From Parasitella parasitica NRRL 2501 (taxonomy: Eukaryota > Fungi > Mucoromycota), in NCBI GenBank assembly GCA_025201805.1, contig MU619280.1, forward strand, positions 120,052 to 184,051: a stretch of DNA of 64,000 nucleotides, given 5' to 3'. The number at the start of each line of letters is the position of its first letter. The first letter of the stretch is position 1. A program made the position numbers and the translations under genes. Under the pieces are notes generated by a model. The model was not told the DNA's origin. It searched no databases and saw only the letters and a list, made by a program, of their open reading frames with translations. Of the stretch, positions 26,945 to 42,501 are shown piece after piece.

Positions 26945-27957
26945 TTATTCAATCTTTGGGTACAAATCTGTCCTGCGGTGATCCATTACAGGCATTTCAG
27001 TTCTGACTTTATACAAATACTCTAAATCGACATCTGCAACGGCTAAAGAGGGTTTATTCAGATTGTCAGGACATCGTGCAAGTACTGTCCCCCATGGGTC
27101 AACAATCTATATTGTAAAAATAAGCATAAACCACCAATATGATACATTTTGATTCAGACATACCATAGCATTGCCGTAACTAGCCCTTTTTTCATTGTGC
27201 TGGCCAATTTGAGCAGCAGCAATGACATAGGTTTGTGTTTCAATTGCTCTTGACCTTAAAAGAATTTCTATAAACACACAAGTTCAATATGGCCATTTTC
27301 ATTCGTATGTAAACATTTAAATACCCCAATGTGCCATCCCTGTCCTGATTGTAAATGCACTAGGATAAGCCAACAGTTCTGCTCCTCTGGCACGTAAAGC
27401 GATCGACGACTCTGCAAATCTCATGTCATAACAAGTTTGTAATCCTAACTTGCCCAAAGGTGTCTTTTCAGGAGCACCTATAACGTCTCCCTTTTCTGTA
27501 GTATCACTTTCCATCAATCTCGGCCCACCCGCAATATCTACATCAAACAAATGTATTTTACGATATGTATTTTTGACTGTGCCTGAGCTGTCAATCACAA
27601 GGTGTGTATTATAGATCTTGTCTTCGGCTGTTGTCTCATGAACACCAACAGAGACCCAAATCCCAGACGCTGCTGCCTCGCTTTGTACTGCTTTTAAGAA
27701 TTCAGATGCATTTAATGCTGTTGTAAGGTCCTTGGCTTCTTGTGTGTTTCTGGATATAAAGTCAGAAGCTTCAGGAAGAAATATCATCTACAATCATGTA
27801 AATTTTAAACATGGATAATAAAAACTGAATGCTTGTCGCTTCTTTATCTTACAGATGCTCCTTGTCGCGCTGCTTTCTTTATGAGATCTATACAAATTGA
27901 CTTGTTGGCTGCAATAGAAGTCGTGGCACAAAATTGCCCTACTGCTGCAAGAGGCAT
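26945..27957 (-). CDS. NIT1: Nitrilase superfamily, deaminated glutathione amidase (Nit1-type), multi-exon
   Basis: [10 protein letters not shown]..|[25 protein letters not shown] (E-K-C triad), [35 protein letters not shown]|IVDPWG. Confidence 0.92.
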
Positions 27958-28579
27958 GATAATCTATAAGGGAAAAAGTGCAAAGGCTTCCCGTCTCTTT
28001 GTTGTGAACGAAAGGCTTTCAAGTGGCGACATGTCCAAGATCTCTGTGCTTAATTTCTCTGCAAAGCTATCTGATAGATGGATAAATACGCAGCCTTTGC
28101 ATGAAATATACAGTTTTCACTAAATTCAGTTTTTAAGCTAAAAAATAAAACTTTTTACTATAGTTATGCAAAATTGCTCTACAAGACTAAAATGTAACCA
28201 GATAAGGGAGATGCTCTGAGAATTATTTTTTGTCAGCGTCATTCTGTAAAATATTTATCACGTCAATTATGTTTACTGTATGATTGATCTTGATGATATT
28301 TTTTTATTAATTAAGCTGCGTACAATAAGAGTTCAAGATCATATTAAAGAGGTAGGTGTAATTGAGAAATAGAATAAAGATAAATGTAAGATATAATAAA
28401 ATAATTCAGATATCTGAAGAAAGAATAGGCTAATGAATACTAAAAAATTACAAAAGTTAAAAAAGAAAGCAATTTCAGCTAGTACCCAGGCACCACAAGA
28501 GGGAATGCTACTGATCTTCCCCAATGGTTTCTGGATATTAAACCGAATAGTGACCAATATCGCTGTAGGCTCGATGAGT

Positions 28580-29423
28580 GTTTTATCGAAAATGAACCTC
28601 ATATCGGCAAGCCATATTTGAAAGAGTGTGATATTGAGGATTCGGTATGGTGTGATTTTCCCTCTCATTGGCAGTACCAAATAGTGGAATAATCCAGGGA
28701 CAGAAGAGCCTCTTTGGTATCGTCCATATAATCAGGACAATTAGCGCGGAAGTGGTTAGTAGTTTGACAAATGGGACAAAAGTCTGGCATCTTGTCTCAT
28801 TGTAGTAACACTTTTCTTTGTTCCTCATCTCCAAATAATGACTCTTGTAAAAGATTCTAAATGTTTGTGACCAGAACAGATGGAGCCATCAGCATGTGAC
28901 TCACGACATTCAATATCTGGAGTATTCGTAATAGTGAGGTTGAGACTGGCATACCCTTCGCCCTGAAAGGTGCCATCAGTTTTGGAGATACCATGATCCA
29001 AAACATCGCCGAAGCATGACAAGCGCTTGGCTATTTCTGCTTGCAACTCCATAGCAGAAAGAAATAATAAGTTTTCCACCTTCAAGCGGACGATTGTGGT
29101 ATTCGCATGATATGAGGGAAACCCCTTCACAAAAATACCATTTTCGAGAGTGATTTTTCCAAGAAATCGTGGCCGAGATAGGTACGGATTTGCTTACGAT
29201 AACCAAGAAAATCTTCATGGTGTCCTGCAGCCTCTGCTGTTTCGTTGAATTTGAGCAAGGCTTTGTTGAGAAATGTGCGATCTTTGTTCCATTTTTTTTT
29301 AACAAAAGGGCGAATAACTGCAATGGGAGATGGAGTAACAAAGTGGGATTGACGGAAACAATCGACTGCTTTTGTTGTTGTTATAATCTTTCTTTTAGAT
29401 CTAACAAGATGAGACCACAGCAT
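28580..29423 (-). mobile_element. Degenerate non-LTR retrotransposon ORF1/gag-like remnant
   Basis: Frameshifted ORF chain 29423>29130>28825 with LSCFGDVLDHGI..FQGEGYASL (RRM-like), followed by a CCHC knuckle CPICQTTNHFRANC (~28737-28778); premature stops; no RT visible. Confidence 0.7.
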
Positions 29424-30133
29424 TGATAGATGTTATGTGTATGATGAAGCATGCTAATAGCACAAGGTAAGATAACCTTTTGTTTTTGACTCACCAGATA
29501 CTCTTAATTTGTANNNNNNNNNNAAAAAAAAAAAAAAAAAAAAGAAGTATAATTTTTCGATTTCTTGTAATTGCAGAATTTGTAATATTTTCAGTATTTT
29601 TGACAAAAAAATAAAATAAAATAGGAATACGTTCTGATTCAAACTGGTATTTATATCACATATAAAGCTGAAAAATAATGATTACTTATCCAATTTTGCT
29701 AGAGATACTATAATTCTATGTCTGTTGACTCAAAAAATAGAAGCTGTATACTTTCCTCAAGTGCACTATTAATATTTCTGTCCTCACGTAAGGAACAAAT
29801 ACTATATACAGTTTGTATTAAACGTGTATTAAAAGATGTAAACTTGTATACACGTTATAAACCGTTCACGGTCGAATAGTGTTTTAAAGTTCTTCGTACA
29901 ATCCATTTTAACCATTTATGTTATCGATATCAGGCGCGCTTGCTTCAACCGAGACTTTTATGCATGCATGCGATATGAAAGCCTCCTTAATCGGACTATG
30001 CAACTTTCCAATCTATTTCTAAGTGCGGATTCTCGGATAATCATCTACCGCGTTCACCATAGAAGAATATAAATACTCTTCACTCATGCCTTTTATTCCA
30101 GTTTATTATTTATTTATTAACTAGACATCTATT

Positions 30134-30889
30134 ATGGCACCCTTAGAAGTTATAGGAGCAGGCTTTGGTAGAACTGGAACTGATAGCTTAAGAACGGCGT
30201 TAAACATTCTGGGGTAAGATTTGGAATTGCTGCTGTGTAAAAATCATTCCTCATCAACTTTACTTGATATATTTAGTTACAATACCCATCATATGAAAGT
30301 CTTTATGGAAAACAAAGAGAACGATCCTGATAATTTTTATAATGCTTTTACGGATCCAGCGAATGCTGATTGGGATAACATTTACAAAGGGTATTCAGCA
30401 GCTGTCGATTGGCCTACGGCTGCTTTCTGGCAAGAATTGCATGTAAAATACCCCAACGCAAAAATTATTTTGACCGTTCGCGATGCAGATGGCTGGTATG
30501 AATCTGTTAAAAATACCATTGCTTCATTTCAGCAAAACAGGGCTGAACAAAGCAAAGGCAAGGAGATTGATACTAGTGATACAAACTATAAGCTCAGGCG
30601 CATGGCAGAGGCGGTATGTTTGGACGGACTTTTCACGGATCCTGAAAGATTCAAAAAGAAAGACGAAGTAAAAGATCTTTTCTTGGAGAACACTAGAAAA
30701 GTAAAGGAACTTGTACCTGAAAGCCAGCTACTCATCATGCAACTAGGCGAAGGATGGGAGAGACTATGCCCTTTTCTGAATAAGGAAGTGCCAAATCAAC
30801 CTTATCCCCAGATCAATTCTACCAAGGATTTTCAAAAATACAAGCTTAAACTGGAGAATGCTCTAGCTGCTCCAGCTGGTGAATCCTAA
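30134..30889 (+). CDS. Sulfotransferase-like P-loop protein (Sulfotransfer_4-type family), 2 exons
   Basis: MAPLEVIGAGFGRTGTDSLRTALNILG|YNTHHM, AAVDWP, YPNAKIILTVRD..WYES, GEGWERLCPFL..P..PYP..N. Confidence 0.88.
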
Positions 30890-31538
30890 TCATGAAAGGC
30901 AAAACATTAGCTAGTTACATCTTTACAAATTTCATGCATTATATCACTCGGAGTTATTTTGGTTGCATACAGCAGCATGAATTTCTAAATGTTACCATAG
31001 TAACGATCAAATAAATAAGACTTTGAATGTAAATGATTTTTTGTGAGGGCTCAATTGTTCATTTTCGTAAATTTCATTTTCACTCTAGAATTAAAACTTT
31101 CGAAGCATGCACCTATTTTGTAGGTAAAACTATTCAAGAAATGACGTCAAGTACACCCGCTTGATTTGTATGTTTGCATTAACTGAATGTTCTTTATTAT
31201 AAGCCATTCAAAATAAAGAGATGAGACAAGATGTTTTGGTGGTAGAATAACCTCACTGCCTTGTTCTTACGCATGTGATGTAATTCTTATAAACGCTCTT
31301 CGCTTTTCGACCTTAAAGGGGTTTCATTAACAAATGAACTCTAAATATCAGAATAAAATATAGTTGATTGGGTCAAAAGTAATTCAAAAAACTTTCCTTT
31401 GGATGGGGCGGGGACAAACTAAACGAAAATAACGAAAATATAATTCCCTCGTTTTATTTCATTCTTCTTTTTTTCTTCTTCTCTTCCTTCTTCTTGCTTT
31501 GCTTTTTTCATATTTTGCCATAACACAGAAAAAAAAAA

Positions 31539-33530
31539 ATGCAAACAGATACAATATCGAGGTTACAACACATGTCTAGTTCTTCATCATCAGTTAAAAC
31601 TCCTTCGCCGCTGAAAGGTGTGCAGTTACCTGCACAACAACCACAATCCCAATCGCAAAGTACTCCAAATAATCTAGGACAATTGGATAATATTTTCCAA
31701 TCTGTAAGAAAGCAGGTAAAGTGAACCAAGTCTCAAGTCAAGAGAAGTAGAGACCTAATCACCAACTTTGTTTTTTTTTCTCAGATTGATCAATGGGGCG
31801 AAAATGCAAAATGGAAAATTGACTTGGTTCTATTGGATACTCCACAACAATCACAGCAGCAGCATTCATCCTCTTCGAATACTAGCAAAAATAGTGCTTT
31901 ACACCCTTTGCTTTCCCCGCAGCATCTGCATCCTAATGCGATCACAACTCCGTTGACTAATAATGAATCCACGTACGCATTGCCTGTAACATCAACTATA
32001 CAATATCCCGTAAGTATTCTGTGTTTAATAGCGTCACAAAAGCTTGTATTGAGTAATATTCTTTTCAGTGGGATTTCGGTGCCCCAAGTACAAACAATGA
32101 TGAATGGAAACAAGATGTTGACAATCTAGAACTAAAGGTAACGAATAATTCATGTCCCCTTAAAAAAAAAAAAAACCGGAATTAAATAGCAATTTTGGGC
32201 TGCAGCTTCGTGAATCCATTGAGCGTCAAAATTATCTTGAAAGCATCATCTGGTCGCAAGCAGAACAGATTAAACATAATCCAGTGACATCGGACAAAGA
32301 CAATGCAATCAACACCATGAAGAACATATTCCTTATGTCTCAGAACGAACAAAAAGTGCACCATCTAATGGAATCTAACATGCTACATAAGGATATCGAA
32401 ACATTATCCAAGAAATTGAAAAAAATGGCACATATCCTGGACCAAATTGAAAAAATGGAGCCAACCAAAGACGAACAAGAGCTTGACAAGGAGCAATTGA
32501 TACAAGATCGCACTCTTTTAAAAAGAAAACTGTATTTATCAGATTTGAGATTATCAGCAAGGGATGCAGAAATTGAATATCTACATGAAATGGTTGAAAC
32601 ACTGAAATCCAATCAACAACAACAGCAACAAAACCATCACCAACATTCACATAAAAAGGTACGCAAAGGTCCGCCGTATTTATTTCAGCAGCAGTACTCT
32701 CCTCGCAGTGAAATTCGATCAAACGAACAGCATCCTCTTAGCGGGTTAGATAGTTTAGGTATCGTTGCTGATCAAATGCTGAGTGATCCTGAATTTGAAG
32801 GTTCCACTCATTCATCACACTACACAAACGAGAAGAGATTGAGATCAAGATTGGATGATCGTAGATCACAAAGGTCCATTGATTCAGCCGCGACATTATT
32901 AGCCATGCCGCAACTCATGGTACCGCACCACCATCGTATGACGAGAGGTAACGGCAGTTGCGCTCATAAATGTCAATCGTTTACTGATTCCACCCCCTAT
33001 GTTTAGATGATTCAAATTCAATTTCTTCATCACCCCCCTTGTCTCCAGAAAGACCATTACATCCGCAACCGCCGCAGAAACCAAATTATGACCATATTCC
33101 GAAGAAACCGCGATCCACATACACTCGATGGACCGAGGCCGAAGACAGGCTACTCCGTGCTGCAGTCAAGAAGTATGGACATAGTAATTGGGAAGCATGT
33201 TCTAAAGACGTTGTTGGCAGAAGTAACATTCAATGCCGTAATAGATGGATTCGTCATTTAGAGCATAAGCCAATTCCAATGGAAGAGGTAGCTGAAGAGC
33301 AACATGTTAACCACACTACTACTCCAACCAATGCACGACAATCGCCTTCTATCGCGGCATTGCTGAATAATGATAACGAAGACAGTGGATATCACTACTC
33401 GCCAAGAGCCTCTGCATCCACTGCTTCTTCCAACTATCATCTTCATCCTGCTTATAGACCTCCTTCTCCCATGGCAACGCCTAAAAACGGTAAAAGGAGA
33501 TCTCCAGAAGAACACATGCACAAGTGGTAG
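31539..33530 (+). CDS. Myb/SANT-domain protein with a coiled-coil region, multi-exon
   Basis: RWTEAEDRLLRAAVKKYGHSNWEACSKDVVGRSNIQCRNRW; phase-consistent GT-AG introns link the upstream ORFs. Confidence 0.82.
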
Positions 33531-34359
33531 AGACTACTTATTCATTGTAAATATCAAGTATTAGTTTTCTACATGTACACTTTCCAAAAAAAAAAAATCA
33601 TTGCCCCCTATTTTCTTTATTGTATAGCCTCTTTTCCTTTTATTATTATTACTATTATTATTATTAAATCTGTTTGTTGTCTACTGGAACAAAGAACACT
33701 CCCCTTCCCCCTCCCTGATTTGAATTTTCAAACAACCTGTGATTTTCTATAAGTTTGAATATGCTACAAGTGCAAATCATTCCACTTGTAGGCTTTGCTA
33801 GTTTTAAAATATGCATTTTATCCATATTTCATATGTTCATTTAATTTAATTAATTCTGGAGTTAATATGCCACTTTCTCTTTGTTTTCGCATCATCCATA
33901 TCTGGTCTTGCTNNNNNNNNNNNNNNNAAAAAGTACACTACATGTGGTATATTCTTCAAATACTACACAAGGAATTACATTTAAAGAAATGATATTAAAC
34001 GTCTCTATCATTTCTACCAGCATGCATTAAGAAATCTAAACTTACAGTGCAAGATGTTTGATCTACTATTCTTGTTTTCATTTTGAGTTCCATTTCACAG
34101 GATATTCGACGGTAGCATTGCATCCAGTAGAGTAAGTGCTGTATTCTGAGATGTAATACTTGTTCTATCAAAGATTATCGTTTTTTATGGAGAAAGTACT
34201 CCATCTATGCTCAACATTTCGTCATAAACTAACTATCCGCTGCAAGTATAGCCTTTGGTATATTCAAGTTGCTGGGGGCAAGAAGTCCTATTGAGTTTCA
34301 ATAAAAGCGATAGTTTCTTTTCCCCATCTCCCCTTTTTAACAACTTCAATAAATCATAG

Positions 34360-35206
34360 ATGGATTCAATAGCCAATTTTCTCGGTCTAAATAGAAAAAC
34401 AACGCCGTCAGCATCATCTTCTACGCAAACAAATAACAGCAGCATGTCATACCAGAAATCAATGCGTGATAGCTTTGTTCTCGCATACGATAACAGATAC
34501 TACGATATCCACTTTCGAGATATTGAAGGTGGAATGCGGCGAGTAACTGTCGCCGAGTTGAAGGAACGATGCAAAAATTTGACAGGCGTAACCAAAGCAA
34601 CAATGAAGCTTAAGGTGTCGGGAGGTATGGTGTTAGTGCTGATACCTGTACAATTCTTACTCTTAATCAACTGTAGCGTATATCAAAGACGATACTGCTA
34701 CTTTAACAAGCAGTGGTATCCATAAAGGATGTATTGTATACGTCATGGGCGATAGAGTTAATGTAAGATACATTAAATGTAGTGAAAGAAGAGTGCTTTT
34801 TTTTACTTAAAACTACATACACACATAGTCAGAGCAAATTAGGCAGACAACATCAGGCAACCCAGAAGAAGTAGGGTACATGATGCGTATATCCAAGGTG
34901 ATGGAGAAAATAGAGGGATCCAAAGACAAAATAGAAGAGTTTGATATTAAAGTAGTAACTCTTTTGGAAGGAGGGGAGACGGTCGACCGAAAAGAAACAG
35001 AGGATTTAGGCATTTATTTATCTGAATTGTTAATGCAATCTTTGATCACATTGGACGGCGTAGATTGTCCTGTAGAATTTGCGACTGCAAGAACGAATAG
35101 AAGACAAGGGGTAAAGGAATGTCAGGAACTGATGGATCGTGTGGATCAAGCAAGAGCTGCGTTGAAGCAAGCTCAAATCAGTAAAAATAATAAACAAAAG
35201 CTTTAG
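34360..35206 (+). CDS. Ubiquitin-like + BAG domain Hsp70 co-chaperone (Bag1-like), multi-exon
   Basis: UBL TVAELKERCKNLTGV..MKLKVSG; BAG YLSELLMQSLITLDGVD..AR.NRRQGVKECQELMDRVD. Confidence 0.85.
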
Positions 35207-35231
35207 TAATTTTTTTTTAAGTTTATTGCAA

Positions 35232-38200
35232 TCATATCAATAGCTTGGTGGCACATATTGCCATATTGAGACCATGGATAAACTTGATCATTGGTAAATA
35301 TTTATATTGTGCTAAATGAATGACAAGTCGATCTATGAACGTTAGTATTCCCTCAGCAGTATGCGATTTTTTTGCTAATAGTAATAACAATATGCTGGCT
35401 TTGGCGTGTGGGATCTTGTAGAAAGGTTGTATTACACAGTAGCTCATAAATAAGAGGAAGAGGCCTAGGATCCATAATTTATTGCGACCAAACGGTGATG
35501 ATGGCATGAATGGCAATGCTGGTGGTTGGAATGCATAATGATGATGGTGTGTAGTATAATGATTGTGAATAGCTTGTTGCTGCTTGTTTGCTGTATGAAC
35601 TACTCTGTGTATACTTTGCTCTAATTTGTTTATGGCAAGCGCTAAATGTTCTTGGCTTTGAATATAGCCATGCTGGACATGGCGATACGAACAATCTACA
35701 ATGTTTTCTATTTGCTGCTGTGGTGGTGGTGTACTTGTACTAGGTGTCAAAAGACTTGCCTGCGCTTCTTCTATCAGCAATTGGAGTGATGTACCAATCC
35801 TTTCTAAGCTATCATTCATCGTATTACAGTCGTTCCACTCCCAATTTGAATATTTTGAGAAGTAAATATTGCGAGGTCTCAAAAAATATTTTAGTACTTA
35901 CTTCGAAATGAGTTTAAGCAAAATCCGAACTTAAATTGGAGGATTTTTTAAATACACTTTCAATTAAATAATAAAGTTATTTTTAAGTAAAATAATGAAT
36001 TCGTTAGTATTTTTGAACGAAGACGGGCATGGGAACATTTACCAAGAGGATAGTCTTGAAGCTATGGACATTGTGGATGAGGAAGGTGATTCCCATTCCG
36101 TAAGGCAATTAGTTAATCTTGAATCGTACCTTAAAAAGAACTCGAATCCAGTTACCATTGAAAAACTTGATGAACAAGATCATGGTACGGAAAACACTCA
36201 AAATAAGAAAAGATACAAATCGATCAAAAAAATATAACGACTATGGATCTGCACCTAGAGAAATATTTTTTTTACAAGATACAACAACTACTATCAATCA
36301 GAGCCGCTGCCCTAAAAGCGGGCGTCAAAGAAAGTACCGCTCGAAATTGGTGGAGAAAGTACGAAGAAGATCCTGATACGTTTGTATTAGGTAAAAAAAA
36401 CTAATCGTCAAAATCGGCCCTTAGCTTTATTAAACGAAGAGCATAAGCAGCATTTAATTGAATTTTTTGATGAAAATCCTCAGGCATTTATTCGAGATGC
36501 AGTCGAGGAACTAGACACTTATCTTTCTCTCCTGAAAGATTAAACATTATCCCGGAGCCAACATGGTTCACTTCTCCCCGCTCTGATAGAAGTTTATCAA
36601 GAATCCCTAGTCATATGGTATCTGAAAGTGGTATAGAAAGTGATGATGATGGCCAAGATAAGCAAGAAGAATGCACCCAAAAAGCAGATGTGTATGGCTT
36701 CATCAAGACTAAAACTGGATGGTTTAACACTGTTGCCAATGTAGAGTTTACAACACACCCATATCATATTTAGTTATAAATAATGTAGTCTTTTTTCATA
36801 TTATTTTTTAAGCAGATATTTTCGACTTTATCGTTTTTGATCCTTGTTGTCAGAGAGAAAATATCACGGCTCGCAGTCGTGTACTCGGATACACATGGTT
36901 GTTGATTATAAGGATAATATCATGACAGTCAATGTTCATGCACAGACAAACAATCAAGCGATAAGAGGTCAAAATACTGTTGGAACACTTAAAGCTTCTT
37001 AATACAATACTTATCTCACCGAATACTTACAATATATTTTTTAACACAAAATAAACGTTTATTAATTAATAATGTACTATTTAGTCTACATCTGACTTCA
37101 ACTGGAAAAAAAAATTACGTTATAATTGTGTCAATGAGTTTATAGGTTCACCATGGCACAGTCTTATTGTGGCAGTTGTCATGGTTTTACTACGTCGTAG
37201 CAAAAACTAACAAATCTTTAATATCAGTAGTAATATCTGCAGGTCTTGTAATTAAAATAGCCAACGTACTGTGTATATATCTACAAATTTCCTTTTGAAA
37301 AAGAAAACTGATGGAATCATAAGGAGACTACAAATTATGGAGGAACACCGAGTTTCTTGAGCTTCAAAAGAGAAATAAGCAGCATATCAAGTTCGGAATG
37401 CCATCCTACCATGTTTACTAGTCCGAATGTTAGGATTTCACTCCTTTTTATAACATTATAGTCCTAGAAGTTGAACAAGATTTGTATCCTTCAAATGTTC
37501 GGCCAACTATCCTATAGCTCCTTCCAACCTTGAGTTATAGCATAACCAAGGAATAAGATGGCATGTGAAGTGGAGCAGTATAGCTGAGCTAGTAATAAGA
37601 ATTGGTTGCTGCCCTCTTTGACAGTCAATTGCAAGAAACATCTGAGTAAGCAAGTGTACTATAAAATAACTGTTAGTCGATATATAATAATACAACGGAA
37701 TGGCAACTTGACCTTTTTCGTAAAGACAAATACTCTAGTAGACCGAATATTTTCCTTATGGAGGCGGTGTGAAGACATCCACTCTCTACATATCCTTTTA
37801 TCTTTATTTTCTATCAGTTTATTCTCTTATATTATATACTTATTGAACCAACTTAATAAACGTTTCTATATCCAACTTCGTTCAAAAATACTAACGAATC
37901 CATTATTTTACTTAAAAATAACTTTATTATTTAATTGAAAGTGTATTTAAAAAATCCTCCAATTTAAGTTCGGATTTTGCTTAAACTCATTTCTACTTCT
38001 CAAAATATTTAAATTGGGAGTGAAACGACTGTACTTTTATTTTGTTCCATAAAAGGAGAACAAGGTGATGCAGAAATATCATTGCTAATAGATATTGTAT
38101 TCTCGATATAACTGTCGGCGGTGGTTAATTTATACGGAATTCAAAGGCATGAAAGTTTGTTTATTACCTTGCTTTATTTTGCTTCGAAGCATATGAAGGT

Positions 38201-38549
38201 GACATCAATTTCAATCTACATGTGTGTATACAATTATTCGTTCTATATCATTCATTACATATTTGCAGATATATACCTAGAGACATGTTCCTTGGCATGT
38301 GGCGCACTTGTCAATAGGGATAATGTTGTTTTTTGCTTCATCTGAATACGTTCAAATAGTTTATAAAAGAACCCAAGGAATTAGCTTATACGGCTTCGAC
38401 TCCTTACCTGAAAAAGGATTTACCTTATTGTGGTTGGAGGTCATTATATAACCTTCTTCAGAAGAGGAGGAATTGAAGTATGGTGATGGCGGTGGCAACA
38501 TGGATTTGTGATCAAATATAGCATTTTCGGCATTCACTAGAATATTCAT
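35232..38549 (-). pseudogene. Four-exon hypothetical membrane protein gene interrupted in exon 4 by a Tc1/mariner element
   Basis: Exons MNILV..NHNK | MKQKTT..HVSR | LKLMSP..KAS | YIENT..MEQNKS-[TE]-NTMNDSLERIG..; removing the element and one TA restores a continuous frame into ORF 35232-35819. Confidence 0.75.
35827..38031 (+). mobile_element. Non-autonomous Tc1/mariner (IS630-like) DNA transposon with long TIRs and TA TSD
   Basis: TA|CAGTCGTT...AACGACTG|TA; inverted repeats 35827-36022 and 37876-38031; frameshifted transposase N-terminus 35995-~36512 (AAALKAGVKESTARNWWRKY HTH; LNEEHKQHLIEFFDENP); DDE domain absent. Confidence 0.92.
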
Positions 38550-39521
38550 TATATAATTGAAGTGTCTTGTGAGAAACAATAGAAACAAAGGGATAATTAG
38601 ACATTGGATGCAGAACTAAAAAGTTATTGTATGAGCAAAAAGGAAGTGTGTGACATTGACGTATAGCCTATTATGAAGGCTAAATATACTTTTTATTGTT
38701 CGAGCATTCTATATGTAAACGATCTCTGACCCTCCCCCAAAAGATGTTGTTTATAGCAAGACCACGATGCTCTTTTTGACTCACTACCAGTCTGCATTGT
38801 TGTATTTTTGCTAAATTAAAGCATGAGCTACACTTTCGGCACCAAAAAGTAGAAAAGCGCTTCTCTAGGAGCGGCAGCGCCATCTGCTGTGGTGTCTTTA
38901 TTGGTGCTTCATTTTTTCGAAAATTGTCACCAAATCAGCCGAAATTACATGAACAAGGGCCAGATAACTTTGTCTCCAATGTGCCCAAAGCTATAGCATC
39001 TGACCGCGTATGGAGAACTAGTAAAAGTTAATTAGACGCTTTGAAATTAGGTGGAGTACCAGAGGGTTCTCTGAAACTGAACATGTGTTTTACCAGTGTC
39101 AAAGAAAAAATACTATCTTTATATAGTGCTGTATCGTCAAAGTTATATAGACCGTAATGGTTCTAGGATAATACCCGTATACAAGATTATATTACTGCTG
39201 CTACTTTTTATTTTTATCAAGCAATACTCATTATGTTGACTATAGCCCATTTTTCAATGTCTAATCAAATGCAATCACTTAAAGTCCATTATTATCAATG
39301 TAACATTTAATATAATACTGTTTCAAAACTTGAGATGAATTGACCAAATTCATAACAGTGTGTAATCACTTCCCAAGATGTTTCTTAATTGAACACTAAG
39401 CTTATTCTGTAACTTCGTCAAATTGATTCTATTGTTTGTAATTATCGATATTGCATCTCAATCAACCCTTAGCATGCATCTCAAGACAATCCAACAGGTG
39501 ACGTTGCGTCTTGGAGTTTAG

Positions 39522-42156
<2,635 letters not shown>

Positions 42157-42304
42157 AAGAATAAAACGTGATATATACAAGTATATAGTTGATTTTAGGT
42201 TTGGAGAATCATGATGTGAAGTGAGTCATTATCTTGATTGTTGTTGATATAAAGCGATGTATTTTGTTCTTGTATTTCCTTTCTCTTCATCTAAATTATA
42301 TACA

Positions 42305-42501
42305 ATGCTTCAAACTTTTCCTCAACATCAACTTGAACGCTGTCAATCGTGCAACCAATGTGGTAGCTTTTCACATAAAACTAGGTAAGTAGCAAATAAA
42401 AAGACTTGTCCAGTCTCATATATTCTAACTGAAAATATAGGGATTGCCCAAAATTAGTCCAAAATATCATCTTTACCCTTTACATTAGTCAAGCACAATG
42501 A
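42305..42501 (+). CDS. 46-aa CCHC zinc-knuckle microprotein, 2 exons
   Basis: ACAATG start; intron 42385-42440 (GTAAGT..TTCTAAC..ATAG); spliced product MLQTFPQHQLERCQSCNQCGSFSHKTRDCPKLVQNIIFTLYISQAQ*. Confidence 0.65.

Noticed and set aside
827-30889. P450, MFS, nitrilase and sulfotransferase-like genes as a secondary-metabolite cluster
   Set aside because: They are dispersed among unrelated housekeeping genes and no backbone synthase is present
38950-39020. Minus-strand VRCYSFGHIGD resembling a decayed zinc knuckle
   Set aside because: The motif is incomplete and there is no supporting ORF or termini
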